NCBI GenBank assembly: GCA_965216615.1
Contig: CBDCGH010000022.1
Coordinates: 1 to 64,000, forward strand
Reading direction: 5' to 3'
DNA: 64,000 nt
Source of the DNA: Vicinamibacterales bacterium
Lineage (GTDB): Bacteria > Acidobacteriota > Vicinamibacteria > Vicinamibacterales > UBA8438
Made by a program: the position numbers and the translations under genes. Positions 39,531-47,239 of this stretch are shown here, piece after piece; the first letter of the stretch is position 1, and every line of letters starts with the position of its first letter. The notes beneath the pieces are model-generated. The model had not been told where the DNA came from. It did no database searches and saw only the letters and a program-made list of their open reading frames with translations.

Positions 39531-41966
39531 TCAGATGTAGGACTCGATGCTCTCGAACGTCTGCGGGTCGAAGGCGTCGACCTTGATGACCTCAGCGCGA
39601 ATCTCGTCTGCGGCCAGCACGGCCTGACGATCCGTGGCTGTGATGATCCCGGCAGCGAGGGCGTTCTCGAGGAGCTGATCGCCTGGGGCGCGGTCCAGGA
39701 GTCCGCTTCGCACCGCATCGCGAATCTTGGACTCGACCGCTAGAGCTTCAACGGCGCGCCCCAGCGCTGCCTCGAGTCGACCGAGCCCAGGTTCATCCGG
39801 CGGCGGAATGTAGATGTCGCGCGTGAGCGCCAGCCGCGCGTCTCGGTTCTCGAGAAGACCGCGAGCGACCTCGGCGCCCAGCCGATCGTCGGGTTCCCGC
39901 CGGCGCGCGCCCAAGGGAAAAATGACGGGTCGCAGCAGCGTGGCGACAAGCCGGTTCGGCAGGTTGTCCAGGACGCCGGCCAGGGCGGTTTGCACGCGAA
40001 ACAGCGCCAGTTCACACGCGTAGCGTACGAACGGCTCGTCGGAAGAAGGACGCTCATCGTCGGCGAATCGCTTGACGGCCGCCGCGCCTAGGTACATCCA
40101 GGCCAGGGCGTCGGCTAGACGACCGCTGATCTTCTCGCGTCGTTTCAGCGTACCGCCAAGGGTTCCCATGGCCACGTCGGAAATCACCGCAAAGGCCGCG
40201 CTCGCGCGACTCAGGTGCTGCAGGTAGCGCGCCACCAGCCCGCCGCCCGGCGCCGAGACAAGCCGGGCACCTGTCAGACCCAGCAGCACTGTTCGTACGA
40301 CATTGGTCGCGATGTGGCCGACGTGGCCAAAGAACGCCACGTCGAAGGACTTGACGTCGCCGTCTGCGACGGCCTTCAGCTCGCCCTGCACGTACGGATG
40401 GCAGCGAATCGCGCCCTGCCCATAGATGATCATCGAGCGCGTCAGGATGTTGGCACCCTCGACGGTGATGCCGACGGGCACGGCCTGGTAGCTATGCGCC
40501 AGAATGTTCCGGGGGCCTCGGCAGATTGCCGCACCGGCCCGGATGTCCATGGCGTCGTTGATGATCTGGCGCATTCCCTCGGTGAGATACGCCTTGGCGA
40601 TGGCGGAGAGAACGGCCGGCTTCTCGCCGGCGTCGACGGCACCCGCGGTCAGCCGGCGTGCCGCGTCCATCACGTATGTGAGGCCTCCGATGCGGGCCAG
40701 GGGCTCCTCGATGCCCTCGAAGCGTCCGATCGGCGTGTCGAATTGCTCGCGTACGGTCGCGTAGGCCCCGGTGACACGCGTGGCGAGCTGGGCCGACGAG
40801 GTGGCCAGGGCGGGCAGCGAAATCGATCGGCCGGCGGCAAGGCTGTCCATGAGCATCCGCCAGCCCTGCCCGGCCATCGCCTGACCGCCGATGATGAAGT
40901 CGATCGGGATGAAGACGTCGGTGCCCCAGTTCGGTCCGTTCTGGAACGGTACGCCCATCGGGTCATGCCGCGCGCCGATGTTGATGCCCGGCAGGTCGGC
41001 CGGCACCAGCGCACAGGTGATGCCACGATCCTCCTGATCGCCGATCAGGTGGTCGGGGTCGCGCAGTCGAAACGCCAATCCGATGACGGTGGCGATCGGC
41101 CCAAGCGTGATGTAGCGCTTGCGCCAGCTGAGGCGCATGCCAAGCACGTCTTTGCCTTGGTACGCTCCGCGGCACACGATGCCCACGCTCTGGGTCGCCG
41201 CCGCGTCGCTGCCGGCCTCGGGTCCGGTGAGGGCGAAGCACGGAATCTCCTCGCCGCGCGCCAATCGCGGGAGATAGTGCGCGCGCTGCTTCTCGGTACC
41301 GTAGTGCAGGAGGAGTTCCGCAGGGCCCAGCGAGTTGGGCACCATCACGGTGACAGCCGCCGTGATGCTGCGGCTCGCGACCTTCATGATCACCGCAGAA
41401 TGTCCGGCGGCCGAGAAGCCGAGGCCGCCGTGCGCCTCGGGAATGATCATGCCGAAATATCCGTGGCGCTTGAGGTGCGCCCAGACGTCGGGCGGTAGAT
41501 CGCGTATCTGGGTGATCGTCCACTCGTCGAGCATCGCGCACAGCTCGTCGACCGGGCCGGCGAGGAACGCGTGTTCCTTCTCCGAAAGTGTCTGGATGTC
41601 GAAGTCGAGCAGCTTGCGCCAGTCCGGCGCTCCGGAAAACAGGTCGCCGTCCAGCCAAACGGTGCCCGCCTCGAGCGCGATGCGCTCGGTCTCCCCGATG
41701 CGCGGCAGCACGGAGCGCATGACTCTCATGACGAGTCGGCTCACGATCGGAGCCCGAACCGCCGGTAGGCCGAAGACGAAGGAGAGGATGATGAACGTCC
41801 CGGCCACGACACTGTAGGCGGTGCCCACCGGCAGTCCAGTTCCGACCGCGCTCCCCCACAAGGCCAGTCCGACAGCCCCAGGCGCGACCCAGGCCCAGTA
41901 GGGCCGGCCTCGGTACAGCAGTACGATGGCGAGCGTTGCGAGAGCCGCGAGAATGATTAGCGTCAT
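39531..41966 (-). CDS. fadE: Acyl-CoA dehydrogenase, FadE type (long form)
   Basis: 811 aa. N-terminal TM segment, central ACAD domain and the C-terminal extension characteristic of E. coli FadE. Confidence 0.88.
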   Translation of the reverse strand: MTLIILAALATLAIVLLYRGRPYWAWVAPGAVGLALWGSAVGTGLPVGTAYSVVAGTFIILSFVFGLPAVRAPIVSRLVMRVMRSVLPRIGETERIALEAGTVWLDGDLFSGAPDWRKLLDFDIQTLSEKEHAFLAGPVDELCAMLDEWTITQIRDLPPDVWAHLKRHGYFGMIIPEAHGGLGFSAAGHSAVIMKVASRSITAAVTVMVPNSLGPAELLLHYGTEKQRAHYLPRLARGEEIPCFALTGPEAGSDAAATQSVGIVCRGAYQGKDVLGMRLSWRKRYITLGPIATVIGLAFRLRDPDHLIGDQEDRGITCALVPADLPGINIGARHDPMGVPFQNGPNWGTDVFIPIDFIIGGQAMAGQGWRMLMDSLAAGRSISLPALATSSAQLATRVTGAYATVREQFDTPIGRFEGIEEPLARIGGLTYVMDAARRLTAGAVDAGEKPAVLSAIAKAYLTEGMRQIINDAMDIRAGAAICRGPRNILAHSYQAVPVGITVEGANILTRSMIIYGQGAIRCHPYVQGELKAVADGDVKSFDVAFFGHVGHIATNVVRTVLLGLTGARLVSAPGGGLVARYLQHLSRASAAFAVISDVAMGTLGGTLKRREKISGRLADALAWMYLGAAAVKRFADDERPSSDEPFVRYACELALFRVQTALAGVLDNLPNRLVATLLRPVIFPLGARRREPDDRLGAEVARGLLENRDARLALTRDIYIPPPDEPGLGRLEAALGRAVEALAVESKIRDAVRSGLLDRAPGDQLLENALAAGIITATDRQAVLAADEIRAEVIKVDAFDPQTFESIESYI

Positions 41967-42039
41967 GATGTTCTGGCTATCCGTGGCGCGCTCCGTCTTA
42001 GGAGCGGCCGTTTTTTTCTAGAGTAACATTCGTCTCACT

Positions 42040-44154
42040 GTGGGAGGTCAGACACTCAGATCGAAGGGGTCTTGGCTCCCGTTGTTCAGCGTCCGCGCGC
42101 TACTGGCAGCTGCCTTGCTGCTCCGTTTGGGCGGCGTCGGACTCGAGTGGCTACCATCGATCGGCGCACTCGCGGCCAGCCTAATCTTGGTGCACGGCCT
42201 TGCGTTCCTCGTCTCTCCGCCTGGCGTACCGCTATCTCGACGGGTCGGCCACTGGTGGGATGTCGTATCGACGCATCGGTTCGGTGTTGGTCTTGCCTGC
42301 TTGGCCGCCGTCGGCGTTCTGTATCGAGTGTTCGACATCGGTTACGACCTTGGCCAGTCGCCAGTCCCCTTCGACGAACGCCGCCTTGCGAACAGCGTAC
42401 GCCTGTTTCTGAGGTCGGGTGAGATCAACCATGAGACCGTTGAACACTACCCGGGCGTCCACTTTTGGCTCCTCGTCGGCGTTTATCTGCTGACCTATCT
42501 CCGGGCGCTGACGAATGGCGTCGTCGAGACATTCGCGAGCGTGCCGCTCGAGACGTTCGTCGTGGCCGGACGGTTCACGAGCAGCATACTGGCTGTTGGC
42601 ACAATCATTCTCACCGGCCTTCTGGGACGCTTGGTGTCCGATGAACGAACCGGACTGCTGGCCGCCGGCGTTGTGACGTTCTCACCGCTGGCGGAGCGAG
42701 TCTCAACGTCTCTCCGAAACGACGAAACGATGGTCCTGCTCACGCTGGCGGCGGCCACGGCTTCTATCGGGTACTACCGTTCCGCGTGGCCAGGTTGGTC
42801 CCTGGCTGCCGGGGGCTTGGCTGGCGCGGCGGCGGCGGTCAAGTACTCCGCGGTGTTTTCGCTGACTCCGGCCTTCGTGGCGATAGCGCTGCGACCGGCA
42901 GGCGGCTCGCGCTTCCGAGACGTCGTGCTGACCATCGGAGGGTTTGCCGCCGTACTCGCCACCACCAACCACTACCTGTGGGCCGACGTGCCCAACCTCA
43001 TCGAGCAGTTGTCTGACGAGATCAGACATTTGGGCCCTCGGCACTGGGGCGCCACGGACAATCCAGCGTGGTTCTACACGTCGACTATCGCTGCATTCGG
43101 AACCGGGTGGCCGCTTCTAGTCTTGGCGATGATCGGCGGTGTCTTCGCGCTTGCCGGTGGTCGATCGGCCGTGTGGGTCTTGCTCGCCTTCCCCCTGTCA
43201 TATTGGTGGTTCATGGCACGGACGCCGTCACAGCTACCGCGCTGGGTCTATCCGCTAACTCCGTTCGTGGCCGTACTCGGCAGCATGACGATGTGGACGT
43301 TGCGGGACTGGGTAGCGCGACGGTGGCAAGGTTGGTCACCGGCGAGCGTACGCTGGCTCCACGCGCTACTGACCGTCACGATCCTTGTGGTGACGACGAC
43401 TCCGATTCTTCGAGTCGCCACCATCCTGGTGAGCCGGCGACTCACGGCTTCTACATTCGAGCGGACGACTCGCTGGCTTCAAGAGCGGGCTACGCCGGAT
43501 GACGTGGTACTTGTCGAGGACGGGTGGTTGGATCTTGAAGACGTGGCGGTGCAAGTTCGTCGGGTTCCCCGACTTGGCGAGGTGCTAGCCGGCGGACAGT
43601 ATCAGCTCTTCGCCAACGACTGGATTGTCGTGCCGGAGACCCGTTTCGGCAGGCTCGATGTGCGTCGGCTCACGTTGGTGCAAGAGGTCTACCAGGACCC
43701 CGGTTTCAACGGCAATCAGGGTTATGACTTTCGCATCTATGCGGCGCCCAAACCGGTGACGGTGCAGGTGCCCATGGAGTTCCAGTTGGGCACTGATGCT
43801 GCCTTGCCTTTCTTGGGACTGGGTTGGAGCCGTGAGGCTCAGGACGACGGGCTTCCTTTTCCCCAAATGGGGGCAAGCCTGTTCTTGCCTCCTGTCGGTC
43901 AAGATCCGTTTCGGATCTGGCTCGAGGTCGTGCCGCCCGATGCGGATGTCGAAGATGTGCCGGACGTTCCTGTCCTGGCGACGGTGGACGATGTTCCCAC
44001 GCCGATGGAACGCGCTGGCGATACTGGCTCGGGCATCTGGTTGGTGTCTGGACCCGTCTTTGCGGCCGATGTGAGCTCTGGCATCACCGAAGTCTTCGTG
44101 ACCCGGGCAGAAGGCGCAGGCGCTCTACGGCTCCGGACTCTGGCGATCCGTTGA
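42040..44154 (+). CDS. GT-C membrane glycosyltransferase (ArnT/PMT, GT39/GT83-like) with a C-terminal periplasmic domain
   Basis: ~12 predicted TM helices in the N-terminal 470 aa. Periplasmic-loop motif region (ETVEHYPGVHFWLL). ~230-aa soluble C-terminal domain. The start is uncertain. Confidence 0.72.
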   Translation: MGGQTLRSKGSWLPLFSVRALLAAALLLRLGGVGLEWLPSIGALAASLILVHGLAFLVSPPGVPLSRRVGHWWDVVSTHRFGVGLACLAAVGVLYRVFDIGYDLGQSPVPFDERRLANSVRLFLRSGEINHETVEHYPGVHFWLLVGVYLLTYLRALTNGVVETFASVPLETFVVAGRFTSSILAVGTIILTGLLGRLVSDERTGLLAAGVVTFSPLAERVSTSLRNDETMVLLTLAAATASIGYYRSAWPGWSLAAGGLAGAAAAVKYSAVFSLTPAFVAIALRPAGGSRFRDVVLTIGGFAAVLATTNHYLWADVPNLIEQLSDEIRHLGPRHWGATDNPAWFYTSTIAAFGTGWPLLVLAMIGGVFALAGGRSAVWVLLAFPLSYWWFMARTPSQLPRWVYPLTPFVAVLGSMTMWTLRDWVARRWQGWSPASVRWLHALLTVTILVVTTTPILRVATILVSRRLTASTFERTTRWLQERATPDDVVLVEDGWLDLEDVAVQVRRVPRLGEVLAGGQYQLFANDWIVVPETRFGRLDVRRLTLVQEVYQDPGFNGNQGYDFRIYAAPKPVTVQVPMEFQLGTDAALPFLGLGWSREAQDDGLPFPQMGASLFLPPVGQDPFRIWLEVVPPDADVEDVPDVPVLATVDDVPTPMERAGDTGSGIWLVSGPVFAADVSSGITEVFVTRAEGAGALRLRTLAIR

Positions 44155-44167
44155 ACCGGTAAGCACG

Positions 44168-44752
44168 ATGACGACGAGCGATCGACCCAACCTTCCCCAA
44201 GTCTGGGATCACCACTGGCGAGATCTGTCGGGTCGTGGTGCCGTCTTTGGCTGGCTCGCCTCGATGTTCCGCAAGGTCTTTTTGGTATCGGCCGTTCGGC
44301 ACTACACCGATCGCTTCTTCACGTCGGAGGGCGTCTTCGTCGAGACCGGCTGCGGCACGTCCGAGTCTTCGGTCGGCATACGCCGGCAGGGTCGGCGCCT
44401 CCTCGGCGTGGACTTTTCTTTCGAGGCGCTGGTTCTCGTGCGACAGCAGCGGACCTTTGATTACCTGGTCTGCGCCGACATTCGCCATCTTCCCTTTCGG
44501 GAGGATTCCATCGCCGGGATCTGGAATCTCGGTGTCATGGAGCATTTCGAGGCGTCCGAAGGTCTCGAGATCCTTCGGGAGTTTGAGCGGACTCTCCGAA
44601 GGCTGATCCTTCGGAAGGGCAATTCTCTGACAGAAGGGCAATTCTCTTCTGGCCACCGACGTTCGGCCTGTCGCGATGGGTACTCGCCCCCTTCGAATGG
44701 CTGCGCAGCCGAATTACCCGTCGCGAGTTTCGCTTCTTTCCCGACGAAGTGA
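44168..44752 (+). CDS. Class I SAM-dependent methyltransferase (C-terminus apparently disrupted)
   Basis: Motif I VFVETGCGTSESS, post-I LVCADIRHLPF, motif II IAGIWNLGVMEHF. A 15-bp perfect direct repeat (19-bp period) at 44614-44647 coincides with loss of protein-like sequence in this frame. Another frame continues protein-like to ~44896. Confidence 0.6.
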   Translation: MTTSDRPNLPQVWDHHWRDLSGRGAVFGWLASMFRKVFLVSAVRHYTDRFFTSEGVFVETGCGTSESSVGIRRQGRRLLGVDFSFEALVLVRQQRTFDYLVCADIRHLPFREDSIAGIWNLGVMEHFEASEGLEILREFERTLRRLILRKGNSLTEGQFSSGHRRSACRDGYSPPSNGCAAELPVASFASFPTK

Positions 44753-44996
44753 ACCGACTCCGCTCGAGTCGGCAGGCGCGACGCCTGGTGCGGACTGCTG
44801 CTCTCGAGCCCCTTGGCGTTGAGTTCCCGACCCGCGCCGCATTGTGCCATCTCGTCGTTGCGGCCCGCCGAACGCGACCGTCGCCACGATCGCCGTTGCC
44901 ATCGTGATCCAGTCTTGTTTTCGCTGGGCGAGCCCGATAAGGTAGGCGCCGATCTCGGCCCTGGAGGGCCCTGGCCATCGCGGGGAGCAGATACCC

Positions 44997-45752
44997 TTGA
45001 AAGTGTCAGTCGTCATTGCGGCGTACGATGAGCTCGAGAACATCACTGCGTTGACGCGCCGGCTCAATGCAGCGCTGATGTCGGTTCCCGACTGCGACCG
45101 GGAGCTGATCTTCGTCGTCGAGGGTCGGGACGGAACGCGGGAAGCGCTGGCGGATCTGGCGACCGAGATCACCGAGATTCGCATTCTCTATCGTGAGGTG
45201 CCAAGTGGCCTGGGCGACGCGTTCCGGCGCGGCTTCGGCGCGGTGGCGGAGGACGCCGATGTGGTTGTCACTCTCGATGCCGACCTCAACCACCAGCCGG
45301 AGGAGATTCCTAGGTTGCTGGCCGCTCTTTGCGATGCTGAAGCGGATGTGGTCGTCGGCTCTCGCTTCATCACCGGCGGCAAAGTCGACGGAAGCCCGCA
45401 CTGGAAGCGCGAGCTCAGCAGTGTGGCCAACCTGATGATGCGCTGGTTGTACGGGCTGCGGGTCCTCGATTCGACCTCCGGGTTTCGGCTCTATCGCGCG
45501 GCTGTGCTCCGGGAGGTCCACCATTCGAGCAACACGTTCTCTTTTCTGCCCGAAATGCTCATTCGGATCAGCGCGGCCGGTTATCGGATCATCGAGGAGC
45601 CCATTCATTTCATCTTTCGCCAGCAGGGCTCATCGAAGCTTCCGTTCTGGATGACGTCGTGGAGCTATCTGGGGCTCTTTGCCGCGCGCCTCTCGGGACG
45701 GCGACTCCGTCGCACGCGAGAATCGAGCCGCTCAGGCTTGCGCACCGTGTAG
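44997..45752 (+). CDS. GT2 polyprenyl-phosphate sugar synthase (DPM1/ArnC/Ppm1-like)
   Basis: VVIAAYDE...TLDADLNHQPEEIPRLL...VVVGSRF (DAD and DxD-type motifs of dolichyl/undecaprenyl-phosphate mannose/glucose/Ara4N-formyl transferases). ~250 aa soluble GT-A. Confidence 0.85.
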   Translation: MKVSVVIAAYDELENITALTRRLNAALMSVPDCDRELIFVVEGRDGTREALADLATEITEIRILYREVPSGLGDAFRRGFGAVAEDADVVVTLDADLNHQPEEIPRLLAALCDAEADVVVGSRFITGGKVDGSPHWKRELSSVANLMMRWLYGLRVLDSTSGFRLYRAAVLREVHHSSNTFSFLPEMLIRISAAGYRIIEEPIHFIFRQQGSSKLPFWMTSWSYLGLFAARLSGRRLRRTRESSRSGLRTV

Positions 45753-45918
45753 CGACCACTTCAAGTTGAACTCGAGCGCCTCTCGCGCACTGCTGTAAAG
45801 ATTCTCGTCCCGTTCAGACTCTCTCCCCGCCGCCGGAGCGTGGCCTACGCTAACCGAACGCGGTACAAGATGTTACCGGCGCTCGTCTTCTGGTACGCGA
45901 TGTGGATCTCAGTGGGTT

Positions 45919-46335
45919 ATGACTTGCGCACACTGTCACGCGGGCGAGATGGAGCCCACCCAGGTGTCACGCACGCACGGGGGACTCGGGAGAACGGCGT
46001 ATACGGCGGCTCTGACGTGTGTGCTGATCGTGGGAGGGGGCGCCGGTTGGGTGCTCGCTCTGGTGGGTGATGGCGACCTCGACCTTCGTGCCGTCTCACT
46101 CGTGACGCTCGGGGTCCTGCTCGTCGGCACGCCGATCCTGATCATCGGCGCATTGACCTTGTTTTCCGAGAAGAAGGTGTGGCGCTGCTCGCAGTGTAAC
46201 TGCGTCTTGAGATCGAGACTAGACCCGCCACTTCGGCTCTTCGTGTACCCTGCACATCGTGCGAGCTCGAGCGCTGGCGGGCGTGTGCCTGGTCCTCGGC
46301 GCGGGTGTCGGAGGGTGGGTTGGGCAACATGTTAA
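45919..46335 (+). CDS. Hypothetical small membrane protein with flanking CxxC pairs (zinc-ribbon-like)
   Basis: MTCAHCH...(2 TM: LTCVLIVGGGAGWVLALV / LVTLGVLLVGTPILIIGALTLF)...WRCSQCNC. The 3' end overlaps the next gene in another frame, so the real stop is probably earlier. Confidence 0.3.
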   Translation: MTCAHCHAGEMEPTQVSRTHGGLGRTAYTAALTCVLIVGGGAGWVLALVGDGDLDLRAVSLVTLGVLLVGTPILIIGALTLFSEKKVWRCSQCNCVLRSRLDPPLRLFVYPAHRASSSAGGRVPGPRRGCRRVGWATC

Positions 46336-46810
46336 TGCCGCCCGCACGGTTCATCGGGAGCTCGCCACCGCGCTGCAGGGCGTCCGCCGAGCCGTGGACG
46401 AGCTACATGGGACAGTCGACACTCTGGCGGCCGCAGATGTCGTCACAGTGATCCTCGAAGGGGAATCTGCAGCCCGTCACGCCGAGGGTCGGCTGTTCCT
46501 CAGTCCGACACGCGGTAGTGTCATGGTCGCATCGAACATGCCCCCTTTGCCGACCGGTCAGACGTATCGCGTGTGGCTGCTCTTGGCCTCTGGGATCTTC
46601 AGCGGGGGCGGGGTCGGGGTCGACGAGGGCGGACGAATCTTCGCGACGATCAAGGCCCCCTCGGATACGAGCCAGCTGATCGCGGTCATCGTGACCCTAG
46701 AGCCGGAAGCGGGTGGCGAGATGACCTCGACGAACATGGTCTCTGGGATCTTTCGGGGTCGACGAGGGCGGACGTCCCGACGATCAAGTACGAGCCAAGG
46801 TCAGCCCTGA
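46259..46810 (+). CDS. Membrane protein with a periplasmic anti-sigma-K (RskA-like) C-terminal domain
   Basis: TM helix (ALAGVCLVLGAGVGGWVG), then the RskA C-domain signature (GRLFLSPTRGSVMVASNMPPLPTGQTYRVWLLLASG ... IAVIVTLEPEAGG). GTG start. No N-terminal anti-sigma domain and no ECF sigma gene adjacent. The 3' end lies within decayed tandem duplications. Confidence 0.6.
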   Translation: MRARALAGVCLVLGAGVGGWVGQHVNAARTVHRELATALQGVRRAVDELHGTVDTLAAADVVTVILEGESAARHAEGRLFLSPTRGSVMVASNMPPLPTGQTYRVWLLLASGIFSGGGVGVDEGGRIFATIKAPSDTSQLIAVIVTLEPEAGGEMTSTNMVSGIFRGRRGRTSRRSSTSQGQP

Positions 46811-46890
46811 GAGGGTGGCGAGATGACCTCGACGAACATGGTCCTCTTTGGTCGTCCCGACGAGTAAGGCAGCCCTGAGAGCGGACGAAA
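46600..46890 (+). repeat. Degenerate tandem duplications of the RskA-like gene 3' end (one ~145-bp unit plus two progressively decayed copies)
   Basis: GGGGTCGACGAGGGCGGACG recurs at ~46607 and ~46756. GGGTGGCGAGATGACCTCGACGAACATGGTC recurs at ~46713 and ~46812. TCCCGACGA and CAGCCCTGAGAG recur again near 46850-46875. Confidence 0.7.
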
Positions 46891-46994
46891 GCCTCCTCAT
46901 ACCCCGGGAAGGCCGCATCCAGGTTCAAACGCCGGAACTCCAAGTAAAACCGGCTTTGCCAAATGGTGCAGGAATTGCAATTACGTGATCTGTA

Positions 46995-47231
46995 GTGTCG
47001 GAGATTCTGGTTTTCGGGGCAGGCTTCGCAGTGCTTGCTGTGTGTTTGCTCGCACTGGCCGTGCTCGACCGTCGCAGGTTCTGGAACATCGCCCCGCCCG
47101 CCGCGCACAAGGGTCCCAAACTCACGGACAAGTCCGACGATGGACCCTCAGTGGATCGCCACAGCCGCGGTGGTCGCTACGATCGCGGCCGATACAAGCC
47201 GGCGAAGGACTGGGACCCGAGCCACCCCTAA
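46995..47231 (+). CDS. Hypothetical small membrane protein with a basic Gly/Arg/Asp-rich tail (78 aa)
   Basis: GTG start. One TM (ILVFGAGFAVLAVCLLALAVL), then HSRGGRYDRGRYKPAKDWDPSHP. No SD. It sits in a lower-GC patch. Weak evidence. Confidence 0.2.
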   Translation: MSEILVFGAGFAVLAVCLLALAVLDRRRFWNIAPPAAHKGPKLTDKSDDGPSVDRHSRGGRYDRGRYKPAKDWDPSHP

Positions 47232-47239
47232 GGGTGGCA

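Noticed and set aside
40215-41859. 427-aa (+) and 298-aa (-) ORFs inside fadE
   Set aside because: They overlap a full-length FadE-type acyl-CoA dehydrogenase. Their composition is typical of high-GC shadow ORFs.
45840-46070. 76-aa ORF MAYANRTRYKMLPALVFWYAMWISVGYDL... upstream of, and overlapping, the Zn-ribbon-like small membrane ORF
   Set aside because: It overlaps the alternative frame that encodes two clear TM helices plus CxxC pairs. Only one can be real. This one becomes Arg/Gly low-complexity after 20 aa.
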